Positions 63,004-64,000 of a stretch of DNA of 64,000 nucleotides are shown here, one piece after another (positions within the stretch are counted from its first letter, which is position 1; each line of letters starts with the position of its first letter). A program made the position numbers and the translations under genes. This DNA is from Rhodothermaceae bacterium bin80 (GTDB lineage: Bacteria; Bacteroidota; Rhodothermia; Rhodothermales; Bin80): NCBI GenBank assembly GCA_002238805.1, contig MPNB01000001.1, forward strand, positions 71,957-135,956. Direction: 5' to 3'. The notes under the pieces were generated by a model, which worked only from the letters and a program-made list of their open reading frames with translations, did no database searches and had not been told where the DNA came from.

Positions 63004-64000
63004 ATGGCGATTCGTGTAGCAGTCGACGCAATGGGCGGGGATCGTGCACCAGCGGTGATTGTTGAGGGTGTTACGCGGGCCGTTGCAGCCTCGGAGGGGA
63101 AGTTGCAGGTGCAGCTCTACGGCCCTGAAGAGGTGATTGGGCCGGTGTTCAATCTCTGGGGAGCCCCACCTGGAGTCAGCATTGTTCACGCCCCCGAGGT
63201 CATCGGAATGGGTGACTCTCCGGTTTCAGCCGTTCGTACGAAGCCACGCTCATCCATTCACCTTGGGCTCATGAGCTACAAGGAGGGTCGCTCTGACGCG
63301 TTCCTAAGTGCAGGCAATACCGGGGCCATCGGAGCCGCGTCTCTTTTTGTGCTGGGACGTCTGCCAGGTGTGTTTCGGCCGTCCATTCCCACGCTCTACC
63401 CAACTACCAGTGGCGTTTGTACCATTCTGGATGTTGGGTCCAATATGGACAGTCGCCCGGAACATCTGCTGCAGTTTGCCAAAATGGGATCGGCTTACGC
63501 CGGGGTTATGATGGATATTGCCCGGCCGCGAATAGGTCTGTTGAGCGTGGGCGAAGAGCCGGCCAAAGGCAATGAGTTGGTCAGAACCACCCACGAACTA
63601 TTGGTTAATGCCGTAGATTTGAACTTTATCGGTAACATTGAGGGGCGGGATATTCTACACAAGAAAGCAGATGTCATTGTATGTGACGGGTTTGTCGGCA
63701 ATATTGTCCTCAAGTTGAGTGAGAGCATCAAAACGGCAGTTCCAGAAATGATCTGGCAGGACCTGCAACCGTTAAACCCGGAGACAGACGTCATCGAAAC
63801 ACTAAAAAAAGCTATTTCTGGACTCAAACGTCGCTTTGATCCTGAGCACTATGGAGGTGGAAGCCCATTGTTGGGTGTGGAAGGTGAAGTATTTATTCTG
63901 CACGGGGACACGACAGCCGGCGCAGTGGAGCAGTGTGTGCTCAGGGCTGCACAGGCCGCAAGAGCCAATCTGACCAATGCGGTCCGAAAAGCTCTGGCTC
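63004..64000 (+). CDS. plsX: Phosphate acyltransferase PlsX (runs off window end)
   Basis: Manual translation MAIRVAVDAMGGD..SAGNTGA..LDVGSN..GNIEGRD..CDGFVGN. Confidence 0.93.
   Translation, partial: MAIRVAVDAMGGDRAPAVIVEGVTRAVAASEGKLQVQLYGPEEVIGPVFNLWGAPPGVSIVHAPEVIGMGDSPVSAVRTKPRSSIHLGLMSYKEGRSDAFLSAGNTGAIGAASLFVLGRLPGVFRPSIPTLYPTTSGVCTILDVGSNMDSRPEHLLQFAKMGSAYAGVMMDIARPRIGLLSVGEEPAKGNELVRTTHELLVNAVDLNFIGNIEGRDILHKKADVIVCDGFVGNIVLKLSESIKTAVPEMIWQDLQPLNPETDVIETLKKAISGLKRRFDPEHYGGGSPLLGVEGEVFILHGDTTAGAVEQCVLRAAQAARANLTNAVRKALA

Overview
Bacterial chromosomal segment, most likely from an FCB-group (Rhodothermota/Bacteroidota-like) organism. This is inferred from the rpmB-rpmG-DUF4295 order, a TPP-riboswitch-controlled TonB receptor, SD-less start regions and the 16S sequence. 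The core content is a complete rrn operon (16S-tRNA-Ile-tRNA-Ala-23S-5S), a long minus-strand block (dnaA-dnaN-rplM-rpsI-rpsB-tsf-pyrH-frr-tRNA-Ser-gmk-coaBC-udg-dnaB), and purL, trxA/trxB, moeA, nusB, ychF and plsX. Eroded accessory patches lie between these: IS1595 and TnpB remnants, RM/HNH genes and a dead HigBA. Highlights: (i) a 200-nt group I intron splitting tRNA-Arg(UCU) after the anticodon; (ii) a coupled operon of three His-motif LVIVD/beta-propeller paralogues, a small His/Met/Cys protein and a multicopper oxidase, a candidate undescribed periplasmic copper system; (iii) the frr stop codon shares its last base with G1 of tRNA-Ser, so RNase P processing should leave a non-stop frr mRNA; (iv) a non-canonical 16S anti-SD tail (CCUCAUAAAG); (v) a probable oriC at about 32.4-32.7 kb, about 29 kb from dnaA, next to a nuclease with a SeqA-like C-terminal domain; (vi) a DnaB P-loop intein with a decaying homing endonuclease; (vii) a degenerate duplicate of the ychF 5' end marking an old insertion. 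All calls were made by eye, without database searches.
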